Shown: one piece after another, positions 1 through 14,870 of the stretch
Layout of the letters: every line of letters begins with the position of its first letter
How positions within the stretch are numbered: the first letter of the stretch is position 1
From: an uncultured delta proteobacterium
GTDB taxonomy: Bacteria; Myxococcota; Myxococcia; Myxococcales; Myxococcaceae
NCBI GenBank assembly: GCA_963771175.1
Contig: CAVYSY010000032.1
Location: forward strand, 160,001-224,000
Reading direction: 5' to 3'
DNA: 64,000 bases
The notes under the pieces: generated by a model
Database searches by the model: none
Seen by the model: only the letters and a program-made list of their open reading frames with translations
Told to the model about the DNA's origin: nothing
Program-made: the position numbers and the translations under genes

Positions 1-350
1 GCCTCATCCCCATCTTCGGCACCATCCTCAGCTCGGTGCCCATCGTGCTCATCGCGCTGTCGGACGGCTTCCAGAAGGGCTTCGCCATCCTGCTGTGGAT
101 CGTCGGCATCCACGCGCTGGAGGCCTACTTCCTCAACCCGAAGATCATGGGCTCGGCGGCGCGCATCCACCCGGTCATCGTGGCCTTCAGCCTGATCGCC
201 GGGGAGAAGCTCTTCGGCCTGGTGGGCGCGCTCTTCGCGGTGCCCGTGGCCTCCATCGTGGTGGCCTGCTTCGACTACGCCCGCATCAAGGCGCAGCCGA
301 GGCCCGGGACCCTCGTGCTCGAGCCCGTCCAGCCGCCCGAGCAGCCCTGA
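1..350 (+). CDS. AI-2E (UPF0118) family transporter, 3' part
   Basis: IP..G...; LEAYFLNPKIMG..RIHPVIVAFSLIAGEKLFGLVGALFAVP is the typical C-terminal motif; runs off the window start. Confidence 0.85.
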   Translation, partial: LIPIFGTILSSVPIVLIALSDGFQKGFAILLWIVGIHALEAYFLNPKIMGSAARIHPVIVAFSLIAGEKLFGLVGALFAVPVASIVVACFDYARIKAQPRPGTLVLEPVQPPEQP

Positions 351-374
351 GACGCTCGGGCGGGCGAGCCCGGC

Positions 375-689
375 TCAGCCCTGGCAGGCGGCCTCGCAGC
401 GCGAGTCGCGGCAGATGACGAGGCAGCGACCGCAGTCGAGGCCATTGACCGGGCACGCGCCGTCACACCGCACGCCGCTGCAGTTGGGCCCGTCCTGGAC
501 GTGGGTGGGGTTGGTGCCCTGGCCGCAGCACGCGTTGCCCGTGCAGTCCGAGTCCGTGTAGCAGACGCGGTTGGACAACGGTGCCGGGTTGTCGCCGAAG
601 TCGTCGTCGACTGGGCCGCACCCGGCGGCCACTCCGAGCACCGCCCCCAGAGCGAGGGCGATGAGGGAACCAGAGCGGGTGCGGCGCAT
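375..689 (-). CDS. Small Cys-rich lipoprotein
   Basis: Signal peptide with lipobox VAAG-C; 12 further Cys in about 80 aa; starts 11 bp after the rho stop. Confidence 0.75.
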   Translation of the reverse strand: MRRTRSGSLIALALGAVLGVAAGCGPVDDDFGDNPAPLSNRVCYTDSDCTGNACCGQGTNPTHVQDGPNCSGVRCDGACPVNGLDCGRCLVICRDSRCEAACQG

Positions 690-700
690 ATGTCGACTCC

Positions 701-2325
701 TTACCGGTTCATCGAGCCGAGGAATTCGGCGTTCGACGCCGTCGGACGCATGTGCTTGAGCACAAATTCCATCGCGTCGATCGGCGTGAACGGGTGCAGC
801 ACCTGACGCAGCGCGGTGATCCGGATGAGGTCCGACTGGGACAGGAGCAGCTCCTCCTTGCGCGTACCGGACTTGTTGATGTCCAGCGTCGGGAAGATGC
901 GCTTCTCCATCAGCTTGCGGTCCAGGACGATTTCCGAGTTACCGGTGCCCTTGAACTCCTCGAAGATGACCTCGTCCATGCGGCTGCCGGTGTCGATGAG
1001 CGCGGTGCCGATGATGGTGAGGCTGCCGCCCTCCTCGATGTTGCGCGCGGCGCCGAAGAAGCGCTTGGGCTTGTGCAGCGCGTTGGCGTCCACGCCGCCG
1101 GACAGAATCTTGCCCGAGGGCGGCACCACCGTGTTGTAGGCGCGCGCCAGACGGGTGATGGAGTCGAGCAGGATGCACACGTCGTGCTTCTGCTCGACCA
1201 GGCGCTTGGCCTTGTCGATGACCATCTCGGCCACCTGCACGTGACGCGTGGCGGGCTCGTCGAAGGTGGACGACGACCACCTCGCCGCGCACGTTGCGCT
1301 CCATGTCCGTCACTTCCTCGGGCCGCTCGTCCACGAGCAGCACGATGAGGTAGACGTCCGGGTGGTTCTTGCGCGATGGCGTGCGCGATGTTCTGCAGCA
1401 GCACCGTCTTGCCCGCCTTCGGCGGCGCCACGATGAGGCAGCGCTGGCCCAGGCCGATGGGGCAGAACATGTCGATGATGCGCGTGGTCATCTCCGACCC
1501 CTCGTGCTCCAGCTTGAGCTTGCGGGTCGGGTAGAGCGGCGTGAGGTTGTCGAAGAGGATGCGCTCGCGGGCCGCCTCGGACTGCGGGTCGGCGAAGTTG
1601 ATCTTGTCCACCTTCTGCAGCGCGAAGAAGCGCTCGCCCTCGCGCGGCTGGCGGATGGGGCCCGTCACCGTGTCGCCCGGCCGCAGGTTGAAGCGGCGCA
1701 CCTGCGACGGCGAGACGTAGATGTCGTCCGGGCTCGGCTGGTAGTCGCTGTCCGCGCTGCGCAGGAAGCCGAAGCCGTCGCTCGAGCAGCTCCATCACGC
1801 CCTCGGCGTGCACCTCGAACTTCTTGTCCGCGATGCCCGACAGCAGCGCGAAGATGAGGTCCTGCTTCTTCAGGCCCTGGTAGCCCTCGATGCCGAAGTC
1901 GTGGGCCATCTTCGCCAGGTCGGTGATCTTCATCCGCTTCAGGTCATTGAGCTTGATGACCTGCATCGGCGCGCCATCGCGCGTCACCTCGGTGACGACG
2001 GGCGCCTCGACCGGCTCGGGAGCGGCGGGCTGCTCGCCGGGTTCCTCTTGACCTCGGCGGCGCGAACCTCCTGGTACTCCTCGTCGCGCACGGGGTGGGA
2101 GGGGATGGGCGTCAGCACCGGGCGTGGCGTCTCGGCGACCTCGGTGGACGCAGAGGCCTCGACCTCGGTGTCCTCTTCCCGACGGGCCGCCGTCCGGCGA
2201 CGCGCCGGCTTCTCGGTGTCATCCCGGTCCGCCGCCTTGGCCCGCGTCGTGCGACGCTTGGGCTTCTCCTCTTCGGAGGGAACGACTTCCAGGACCTTCT
2301 CTTTGGGGGAACGGGCTTTGGCCAT
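701..2325 (-). CDS. rho: Transcription termination factor Rho with N-terminal low-complexity extension (frameshifted in this sequence)
   Basis: Pieces in several frames: [81 protein letters not shown]. Confidence 0.97.
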
Positions 2326-2500
2326 GATTCAGGGGGGGCTTGCTGGCAGGCGCCCGGAGGGGCGCGCACAGCGATGACGTGGAAAATGTCCGTGGGGTAC
2401 GCGAGACGCGAAACACCCTCAGGGGGACACCCGGGCTCCCGTCTCTTGCCGGGACCTCACGAGTGGTGGAACCTTGGTACTGGGAAGAGATGGCGCCTGA

Positions 2501-5417
<2,917 letters not shown>

Positions 5418-5990
5418 CCCCGGAGGAGCCCTGGCTCCTGGCCGGCCGGCAGGCCTCCCGTGCTGCCGACCGGCCGACATTTTCCATGTCTCGCCTTTAC
5501 AGGTCGTATCAGGCGTGAAAACCTTTTGGCGTTTTCGGGGCTTGGGACGTTCTACCGAGGGTGGAGCGTTTGGGCCTCCAGGAGATTTTTGAGACGGGTG
5601 CGTTCCCGGCATACCAGGGCGCGCCGGCTGCACCGGGCCTCTATCGCCCCCCCAAGGCGCCCACGGATGGGCACCGACCGGGTGAGGAAGGAAGAGGCTG
5701 GGCGGCACGGGCGTCAGGGGTCCTCGAACGCTCGGTACGGAAGCAAGTCCCCGCCCGGCAGGGTGCCGGACAGCCGCGGGGCGACATGAACTCGGAGGAG
5801 CAGGTCGTGGTCCCCTCAACCTTCACCCGTGCGGAGACAGCCGGCCCCCGGAGATTCGGGCCGTCGCCTACCCGCGTGCGTGAAGGAGCCGGGGCCGCCT
5901 CTCCCCTCGCAGCGCGCTCGGAAGCGGGAGACGCCGTCGCCTCCCGTCCGCCGGAGCTCACGCATCCGCGCGCGCGCCCAGGATTCATCA

Positions 5991-8641
5991 ATGAGCAGCA
6001 TCCTCGTCATCAACGCGGCGGGCCGGGAGACCCGCGTGGCGCTCGTCGAGAACGGCCACATCGCGGAGTTCTACCTCGAGCGTAAGAAGGACAAGGGCGT
6101 CGTCGGCAACATCTACAAGGGTCGCGTGGTCCGGGTGCTCCCGGGCATGCAGGCGGCCTTCGTGGACATCGGGCTGGAGAAGGCCGCCTTCCTCTACGTC
6201 AGCGACGTCGTCTACGACCCGGACTTCGCGCGCGCCCAGTTCGAGCTGACCGAGGGCGAGCACGACGAGGACGCCCCGGACGTGCCCGAGGAGTCGGAGG
6301 CCGTGGCCGCCGAGGCCGCCCACGACGCCGGCGCCGACGTGCAGGCCGAGGTCCACGAGCACGCCCACCAGCGGCGAGGTGGCCGAGCGTCGCGTCCAGG
6401 AGCCGGAGCCCCAGCCGCAGGAGCCGAGCGCCGCGCCGAGGAGCCCGAGCGTCGCGCCGAGGAGCCCAGCGCGCCGTCCGCTGAGCGGCGGCCGCGCCGG
6501 CCGAGCCCGGTCCGTCGTCACGGCCACGCCCGAGCCGATGAGCCGCTCCGCCGGTGCCGGAGGCACCGACGGAGGCCGCGCCCGTGAGCGTGGCGGCCCA
6601 GGCGTGCCTCGGAGCCGGTCGCGGCGATGCCCGCCACCGAGGGCTCGGTGGCCCTGGCGCTCCCGCCGGAGCCGACCCCGGTGACTCCGAGCGAGCCCGG
6701 CGCCGCGGCGGCCCCCGCCCCTGCGCAGACCGAGACCGCCCCGCGCCCGGCGAAGCCCGAGACGGCCGCCGGTGAGCGCCGCGCCCCGCGTGAGCACCGC
6801 GAGGCCGCCCGCGAGGCCCGCGAAGGCCGCCGCGAGCAGAAGGACCGCGAGCGCGAGAAGGATCGGGAGAAGGACAAGGGCCGCAAGCAGCGCGAGGAGC
6901 AGCAGCGCAAGCGCGACGAGGAGAAGTCCAAGCCGCGCAAGTCGGCGAAGATCGAGGACCTGCTGAAGGTGGGCCAGGAGGTCGTGGTCCAGATCTCCAA
7001 GGATCCCATCGGCACCAAGGGCGCGCGCCTCACCTCGCACATCTCCATCCCGGGCCGGCACCTGGTGTTCATGCCCACGGTGGACCACGTGGGCATCAGC
7101 CGCCGCATCTCCAACGAGAAGGAGCGCAAGCGGCTGCGCGAGATCGTCGACCGGCTGCGCCCGCCCGGGACCGGCTTCATCGTGCGCACGGTCGCGGAGA
7201 ACGTGCCGCAGGAGAAGCTGGAGACCGACATCCGCTTCCTCATCGAGGTGTGGAACCAGGTGGTGCGCCGCAACGAGAAGCGCGGCGGCCCCGGCCTGCT
7301 GCACCCGGACCTCGACCTCATCCTGCGCGCCACGCGCGACCTCTTCGCCGCACGACGTGGAGAAGCTGGTCGTCGACGACCGCGAGGAGTACGAGCGCAT
7401 CCTCGGCTTCGTGACCGCGCAGGACCCGGCGCTCAAGGACCGGGTGGTGCTCCACGAGTCGGACGAGCCCATCTTCGACGCCTACGGCATCGAGCAGGAG
7501 ATCAGCCGCGCCACCCAGCGCAAGGTGTGGCTCAAGAGCGGCGGCTACCTCATCATCGACCAGGCCGAGGCGCTCACCGCCATCGACGTCAACTCCGGCC
7601 GCTACGTCGGCAAGAAGAGCCTCGAGGAGACGATCACCAAGATCAACGTCGAGGCGGCCAAGGAGATCGTCTACCAGCTCCGGCTGCGCAACATCGGCGG
7701 CATCATCATCTGCGACTTCATCGACATGGAGAAGCCGCAGAACCGCGACAAGGTCTTCAAGGCGCTGCAGGAGGCGCTGGGCCGGGACAAGGCCAAGACG
7801 AACGTGCTGCGCATCTCCGAGCTCGGCCTGGTGGAGATGACGCGCAAGCGCGTGCGCGAGTCCATCGGCCGCATGCTGCACGAGGACTGCGCGTACTGCG
7901 ACGGCCAGGGCTTCGTGAAGACGGCCACCACGGTGGCCTACGAGATCTTCCGGGAGATCCGCCGCGAGGCGCCGGACTACAAGGACCCCACGCTGGTCGT
8001 CAACTGCAACGCCGAGGTGGCGCGGCTGCTCCAGGGCGAGGAGCGGCAGGAGCTGCGGCACCTGATGGACCGCTACAACAAGTCCATCCAGGTGAAGGCG
8101 CAGCAGAACTACCACCGCGAGCAGTACGACATCTACGGCCGCAGCGCGCAGGGCGGGGACCACAAGGTGGCCTCGTCGCCGGGCTCGGGTGATGGCGAAC
8201 TGTCGATGCAGCGTCGGCCCGAGAGCGGCGGTGGCGAGCGCGGCTTCCGCTCCGAGGGTGGTGGCCGCGACCGGGGCGGAGACCGGGGTGGCCGTGACCG
8301 CGACCGGGGTGGTGACCGCGACCGCGGTGGTGACCGTGACCGGGGCGGAGACCGGGGCGGCCGTGAGCGCGATCGGGGTCGGTGAACGGGGCGAGCGCGA
8401 CCGGGGTGGTGACCGGGGTGCCCGTGACCGCGACCGGGGTGGTGACCGCGGCGGCCGTGAGCGCGACCGCAACCGGGGTGGCGAGCAGCGTCGGCCCGAG
8501 CAGCGCGAGGGGCGTGGTGGACAGCAGCCCCAGCAGCAGCAACAGCAGGCGCAGTCCGGTGGCGAGCAGGCGCAGTCCACCGGCGGCACCCCGCCGACGT
8601 CCTCTGGCGGCGGCGGCAACGAGTCCGGCGGCAATAGCTGA
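5991..8641 (+). CDS. rne: Rne/Rng family ribonuclease (frameshifted)
   Basis: ETRVALVENG, GNIYKGRVVRVLPGMQAAFVDIG, KDPIGTKGARLT, EALTAIDVNSG, QLRLRNIGGIIICDFIDM, Zn-link CAYC; rne versus rng is not resolvable here. Confidence 0.92.
8262..8482 (+). repeat. Degenerate coding tandem repeat (RDRGG/DRGG) in the RNase C-terminal tail
   Basis: Repeated GACCG(C/G)GG(T/C)GG(T/C) and GACCGCGACCGG units. Confidence 0.85.
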
Positions 8642-8648
8642 GCTCGAC

Positions 8649-8672
8649 GGGCCCTCTCGCTCTGAGAGGCCC
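8649..8672 (+). terminator. Hairpin after the rne stop (terminator-like or REP-like)
   Basis: gggccctctc-gctct-gagaggccc stem with one bulge; no U-tract. Confidence 0.4.
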
Positions 8673-8751
8673 GGGGAGGGTACGGACCCCATCGGTCGAG
8701 CCTCCCCCACTGGCCGAGCCTCCCTGGCATTGGCTAGCCTGGGCCCACCGG

Positions 8752-10166
8752 ATGCGGTCCTTCATTCCCCTCTTCCTTCAGCGACTGCACGCCCACGCAC
8801 TCGAGTGGGCCCGCCGCACCTGGGCCCCGCTGTCGCGGACGCGGACAGGCCGCTTCGCGGCGGACACGGTGCTGGCGGTGCGGACCCTGGCGCGCGGTTT
8901 CCAGGGCGAGAACATCCGACTGCGGGCCGCGGCGCTCACCTACATCAGCATCTTCTCGCTGATTCCGCTGCTGACGGTGGTGCTGGCACTGCTGGGGGCC
9001 TACCACCAACAGTCCTTCCAGCGAGCGCCTCCGGGAGCTCATCTTCGCGGTGCTGGCCCCCGGCGTGCGCGAGGAGTCGGCGGCCTTCCTCGAGCGCTTC
9101 CTGCAGCCGGGCCACACGACGGCCATCGGGAGCGCGGGCTTCCTCGGTCTGCTCTTCTCGGCGGGCTCGCTGCTGCAGAACATCGACGTCTCGCTGAACG
9201 AGATCTGGGGCGTGAAGAACCAACGCCCGTGGCTGGTCCGCACGCTCACCTACGCGGGGCTGCTGCTGCTGGGGCCGCTGATGCTGGCCATCTCGTTCGC
9301 GGGGACGGGCGTGGTGCGCTCCTTCCTGGAGGGCACCCACACCCCACTCTTCCTGGACCTGTTCGAGCTGCTGTTCGGCGCCCTGTCTCCCCTCGCGGCG
9401 GTGGGTGGGCTCACCCTGCTCTACTACGTGACGCCCAACACGCACCTGCGCATCCGGTCGGCACTGGCCGGCGGACTGGTGGCGGGCGCGGCCTGGAGCG
9501 TGGCGCGGCAGGTGTACACGGAGGCCGCCGCGTACAGCTTCCGCCACAACCCGCTCTACGCCTCGCTGGGCGCCCTGCCCATGTTCCTGGCGTGGCTGTA
9601 CGTGGACTGGCTCCTCATCCTCATTGGCGCCCGTCTCTCCTACGTGGTGGAGCACGCCACCTTCCGGGACTCGCTGTGGGCCTTCGGGGCCCACCCCCGG
9701 GCGCGGGAGCTGGTGGGCGCCCGGATTGCCCAGGAGAGCACGCTGGTCTGGTTCGACGGAGGGACGCCCCGCCCTCCCCCGGGAGCTGGCCCTCCGCCTC
9801 CGGGTCGCCGAGTCGCTCGTCCACGAGGTGGTGGACGACATGGAGCGGGCGGGCCTCATCGAGCGCCATCGCCGAGGAGGCATCCTGCCGGCCCGCCCAC
9901 CGGCCGAGCTCACGCTGGCCGACGTGACGCTCGCCGTCCACGGCGTCTACAACCCCTCCGAGCCCGATGCTCCGAACACCCCACGAGCCCCCGGCTTCGA
10001 GCCGGTGGACGCCTTCTTCAGCGAGGCGGACCGCTCCGGCCTCGACGTGCTGCGCCGGACCCGGTGGCTGGACCTCGCCATCCTGGTGCGCCCCGGGCTC
10101 GCGACGGAGGAGGCGATAGCTGCCCCGGCACCGGCCCCAGCCGCGACTGGAAGCGGAAATCCGTAA
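8752..10166 (+). CDS. YihY/BrkB family membrane protein with C-terminal Rrf2-like winged HTH (frameshifted)
   Basis: AAALTYISIFSLIP, LNEIWGV, LYASLGALPMFLAWLYV; C-terminal ELALRLRV...GGILPARPPAELTLADV. Confidence 0.85.
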
Positions 10167-10196
10167 CGTTTCTGGGAGGTTGGCGGGCCTCGTGGC

Positions 10197-10224
10197 TTGC
10201 ACGCGGGATTCGTTCTGTTATCGT
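10197..10224 (+). promoter_or_regulatory. Candidate sigma70 promoter for the IHF/HU gene
   Basis: TTGCAC-16 nt-TATCGT with TG extended -10, in an AT-richer patch. Confidence 0.35.
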
Positions 10225-10290
10225 TTCGGCATTCGACCACGGGCCAAGCGCCCTGTTTCCGAGGGGTTACGCGGTTTGCGGGAGCGAGCG

Positions 10291-10633
10291 ATGCTCAAGT
10301 CCGATCTGATCAACATCCTCGTCGCCAAGCGGGGCATGACCCAGAAGCAGGCCGAGGCCACGATCGAGACGATCTTCGAGTCGATGAAGGAGGCGCTCTG
10401 CCGCGGGGAGAACATCGAGATCCGCGGGCTGGGCGCCTTCCACGTGAAGAACTACCAGGGCTACCAGGGCCGCAACCCCAAGACGGGCCAGGTCATCCCG
10501 GTGAAGCCCAAGCGCGGGCTGCTCTTCCGCACGGGCAAGGAGCTGCGCGACCGGGTCAACCGGCCCGCGCCCCAGACCGCCGCAGGCCGACATCTCCTGC
10601 AACCCCAAGAGCGGCAGCGGCAGCAACTGCTAG
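10291..10633 (+). CDS. IHF/HU family DNA-binding protein (IHF-beta-like)
   Basis: MLKSDLI...GENIEIRGLGAF...GRNPKTG...FRTGKELRDRVN; 3' end approximate because of an indel. Confidence 0.92.
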
Positions 10634-10642
10634 CCGGCCCGC

Positions 10643-12746
10643 TCAGCGCCTCATGCGGCACGGCGCGACGAGCCGCCCGAGCGGGCGGATCTGCAGGTCC
10701 AGGTCGAGCTCGCCGTAGGTCAGCACCGCCACGTCGGGGAACGCGCCCTCGCACAGCTTGCGCAGCGGGCGCCGCACGTCCGGCGCGGTGAGGCAGCACG
10801 GCGTCCGCCGCCGGCGGCGATGCGCCGCACCCCCTCGAGGATCGCCGCCACCCGCTCGGGCTCGGGCGCCGGCCCGCGAGGCCCCGTGGCGCGCAGCGTC
10901 TCCTCGATCGCCGGGTCCACCAGGTAGGCGTACAGCGGCCCGGACGGGGCGTACTTGTGGCTGAGGTAGCGGTGCAGGGCCTGGCGGCAGCGCTCGGCGA
11001 GGGCCGTGGCATCCCCCTCGGTCGTGGGCGAGACCAGCGCCTCGAGGATGGCGCGCATGTTCCGGATGCTGACCTGCTCCTGCACGAGCTTGCGCAGCAC
11101 CTCGGTGAGCAGCGGCAGCGGCACCTTCTGGAGCGCCTCCTTCACCAGCGCCGGCGCCTGTGACTCGAGCCCGTCGAGCAGCCCCTGCACCTCCTGGACG
11201 CCGAGGAGCACCGCCGCGCGCGCCCGGACGAGGCTCCGCAGGTGCTCGGCGATGAGCTCCCCCGGGCGCCGCACCGCGACCTGCGCCATCTCCAGGCGCT
11301 GCGCGCCCGTCCTCCGGCACCCGGCTGATGGGCCTGCCGGTGGCCGGGTCCACCGCGGGCTCCGCCTTCACCTCGAGGAAGGCGAGCTCCTCCGGCTGCG
11401 CCAGCGCGTAGAGCGCCCCGGGCACGACCTGTCCCATCCGCCGCGGGGACCTCGTCCACCAGGATGCGGTAGGTGCCCGCCGGCAGGTACGCGGCGTCGG
11501 TGCGGACGCGGATGCCCGGCACCCGCACGCCGAGCTCGAAGAAGAGCTCGTCGCGCAGCCGGTTGAGCTCCTGGTGCACGAAGGCGCCGCCCTGCTCCTG
11601 CGCGATGGGCGTGAGATCCGGCGCGAGGTCGAGGGTGAGCGGGGACACGCCCACCGGCGCCACCGTGCTCTCCGGGGGCGCTCCCGGTCCGCCTTGAGCC
11701 GCCGCTCCTGCCTCGGGCTTGCCCGTCGGCCGGCTCCGCGGCGGCGTCCTCCTCCGCGGCGGCGGCCTTCACGTACTTGAGGCGCATGCGCGAGTCCTCC
11801 CAGCGGCAGCGCCCAGCCCGAGGAACGTCAGGTGCGGCATCCCCGGCATCGCGGCGAGGGCCACGCACAGGCCGGCCACGACCCAGAGCGCCTTGCGACT
11901 CGCCGAAGAACTGCGCGCCGATCTCCGCGCCCAGCGAGTCGTCCTCCTTCTCGGAGGCCACGCGCGTGACCACCAGGCCCGCGGCGACCGCGATGCACAG
12001 CGAGGGAATCTGCGAGACCAGGCCGTCGCCGATGGCGATGAGCGCGTAGGTGCGAGGCCGCCTCGGCCAGCGTCATCCCGTTCTGCAGCACGCCGATGCA
12101 GATGCCGCCCAGGAGGTTCACCGCGACGATGACCAGGCCGGCGATGACGTCGCCCTTCACGAACTTCATCGCGCCGTCCATCGCGCCGAACATCTGCGAC
12201 TCGCGCTCGAGGTCGCGCCGCCGCGCGCGCGCCTGCGCCTGGTCGATGGCCCCCGCGCGCAGGTCGGCGTCGATGGACATCTGCTTGCCCGGCATCGCGT
12301 CCAGGGTGAAGCGCGCGGAGACCTCGGCCACGCGCTCGGCGCCCTTGGCCACCACCAGGAACTGCACCAGCGTGAGGATGGCGAAGATGACCGCGCCGAC
12401 GACGTAGTCGCCCGCGCACCACGAACTCGCCGAACGCCTGGATGACCTCGCCCGCGTGTCCCTCCGCGAGCGCCAGCCGGGTGGAGGAGACGTTGAGCGC
12501 GAGCCGGAAGAGCGTGGTGACCAGCAGCAGCGTCGGGAAGGACGTGACCTTCAGCGCGTCCCGCGCGTAGAGCGCCGCCACCAGCAGCGCCACCGCCGCC
12601 GCCAGGTTGATCGCGAGCCCCAGGTCGAGCAGCCAGGCGGGCAGCGGGACGATCAGCGCGCCGAGCATGGCGGCCATCGCCACGGCGAGCACCACGTCCG
12701 AGGACTTCGCGAGCCCGTCAGCGAGCATCTTCACCAGTTGGTTCAT
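10643..12746 (-). CDS. sctV: Type III export gate SctV/FlhA family (frameshifted)
   Basis: [79 protein letters not shown]. Confidence 0.95.
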
Positions 12747-13800
12747 GACGTCTGCCTCCGTGGACGGTCGTCCACGTCCGCGCTCCGTGCGCGACCCGCA
12801 GCACCGCCGCGGCGGCCTGGTACAGCTCCTCGGGGATCTCCTCGCCCACGTCGTAGTGGATGAGGCTGCGCGCCAGCGGCGATGTCCCGAACCACCGGGA
12901 TTCCCAGGCGAGCGGCCTCTCGCCGCAGTGCGAGCGCGTCCTCCTCGCGCGCCTTGGCCACGAGGTAGGGCGCCTCGCACTCCTCCGGGGCGTAGCGGAG
13001 CGCGACCGCGATGTGGGTCGGGTTGACGACCACGACGCGTCGGCCTTTTGCACCCCTCGTGCCGGGCCTCCCGGCGCCAGCTGCCGGTGCAGCGCCTTGC
13101 GCTGGCCCTTGTGGTGCGGGTCACCCTCGCTCTCCTTGTGCTCCTGCTTCACCTCCTCGCGGCGTCATCATCAGGTCCTTGACGTGCCGCCGACGCGCGA
13201 GCAGCGAAGTCCCCCACGCCCAGCACCAGCAGGACACACGCGAGCCGGGTGACGAGCGGCCCGAGCCGGTCCCAGGACAGCTCCAGCGCCAGACGTCCCC
13301 TCGCAGCCAGGCCGTGCGGAGCACGTCCGGTGCCGGCCTCCACGGCCGCGCTCCAGACGAGCCACACCACCACCGCGGCCACCAGCAGCGCCTTGCCCAC
13401 CTCGATGAGCGGCTCACGCTGAAGAGCGCTTCAAGCCCGCCGCCGGGTTGATGCGCTCGAGCTTCGGCGTCACGTGCTCCGCGTTGCAGCTCGAAGCCCG
13501 ACCGTGGCCACGGACACCGCCAGGGACGCCAGCAGCGCGCCGACCGAGCACGGGGCCCACCAGGAGCACCGGCATCGCGCCCCGCCTCTCCAAGGCCCCC
13601 GTGGGCTCGCTGGTCGAGCAGCAGCCGGGCCGTCCAGTCCTGCAGCCGCGCGAAGCCCGCGCCCGCCGAGGCGGTGAGGCCGAGCAGCTCCTCCGAGCGT
13701 CACCGCGCTGGAAGAGAGGAGCCGGCTGCGGGGCATCTGCCCCTTGCGGCGCGCCTCCCGCAGCCGCTTCGCGCGAGGGCTGCTCGGTCTTCTCGCTCAT
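12743..13800 (-). CDS. sctU: Type III export switch SctU/FlhB family (frameshifted)
   Basis: MSEKTEQP, ERINPAAGLKR, KQEHKESEGDP, autocleavage motif NPTH, PLARSL, IPEELYQAAA. Confidence 0.93.
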
Positions 13801-14600
13801 CGCGCCAGCTCCGCCAGCCGCAGCAACGCGGCGTCCACCGAGAGGACGCCCGCGAGCAGCCGCTCACAGAGGATCCCCACGCCGAGCCACAGCAGCGCCG
13901 CCGCCGCCGAGGATGCGCAGCGGTGCGCCCACCTCCTGGAGGTTCACCTGGGGCGCGGCGCGCGAGGCCAGCCCGAGCGAAGCAGTCCACCGCCATCACC
14001 GCCGCCGCGACCGGCGCCCCCACCGCGAGCCCGGTGGCCATCGCGCCGCCGACCAGCGCCACCACGTGCAGCGCCGCCGCCTCGGTGGGCACGATACGCG
14101 CCCAGCCGCACCCACGCCGAAGCCACGCACCAGCCCCGAGAGGACGATGCGGCAGCAGCCCTCCCGTCACCACCAGCGCGACGAGCAGCTGGTAGAGCCC
14201 GTCGCCGGTGGCCGACTCGCGGCGTCCCGGCCACCGGCAGGCTCGCCTCCGCCGAGGTGCCGCGGAAGAGGTCGATGAAGCGCCCGCCCATGCGCGCCGC
14301 ATCGAAGGGCAGCGCCGCGACGAGCCCCACCGAGGTGCCCGTAGGCGAGCTCCTTCAGCGCCAGCGCCGCGCAGCTGCAGCGGCGTCTCCACGGGCGCCG
14401 GCAGCGCCACTCCCGCCACATGGTGCAGGAAGAGCGAGAGGCTCAGCACCAGGGCGAGCTTCACCGTCGTCGGAGCGGCCTGGCCTCCGAGCAGCGGGCA
14501 GAGGAAGGCGACCGGCAGCAGGCGCGCGGAGCACAGGGCCACGGCCACCACGTCGGGCCCCAGCAGCGTCGAACTGCGCGCGGAGGAGCGCGAGGTTCAC
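13797..14600 (-). CDS. sctT: SctT/FliR family export protein (frameshifted)
   Basis: RLLPVAFLCPLLGG..P..VKLAL, PFDAARMGGRFIDLFRG, SRAAPQVNL; position in the R-S-T-U run. Confidence 0.88.
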
Positions 14601-14866
14601 GCCGCCACCTCGGCGATGACCAGCAGGAGCTGGTGCGTGAAGCGGGTGAGCTGGCCGGCAATCCAGGGGCCGGCGAGCACCAGCGCCAGCACCGCCGCGC
14701 ACAGCTTGGGCACCACCGAGAGGGTGCTCTCCTGGATCTGGGTGGTGGCCTGGAAGAGGCTCATGAGGAAGCCCACCACCAGGCTCGCCCCGATGGGCGG
14801 CAGCGAGGCGAGGACCATCAGCAGCAGCGCCTCGCGGCCGAGCGAGAGCAGGACGTCCTGGGTCAT
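14597..14866 (-). CDS. sctS: SctS/FliQ family export protein
   Basis: VGFLMSLFQATTQIQESTLSVVPKL. Confidence 0.95.
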   Translation of the reverse strand: MTQDVLLSLGREALLLMVLASLPPIGASLVVGFLMSLFQATTQIQESTLSVVPKLCAAVLALVLAGPWIAGQLTRFTHQLLLVIAEVAA

Positions 14867-14870
14867 GGCG

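Noticed and set aside
5561..6085. ORFs within the rne upstream region
   Set aside because: No clear RBS, atypical codon use and no motifs; better explained as leader sequence
8262..8482. Possible CRISPR-like or non-coding repeat array (also 39810-40183)
   Set aside because: In-frame low-complexity coding repeats, no unique spacers, no cas genes
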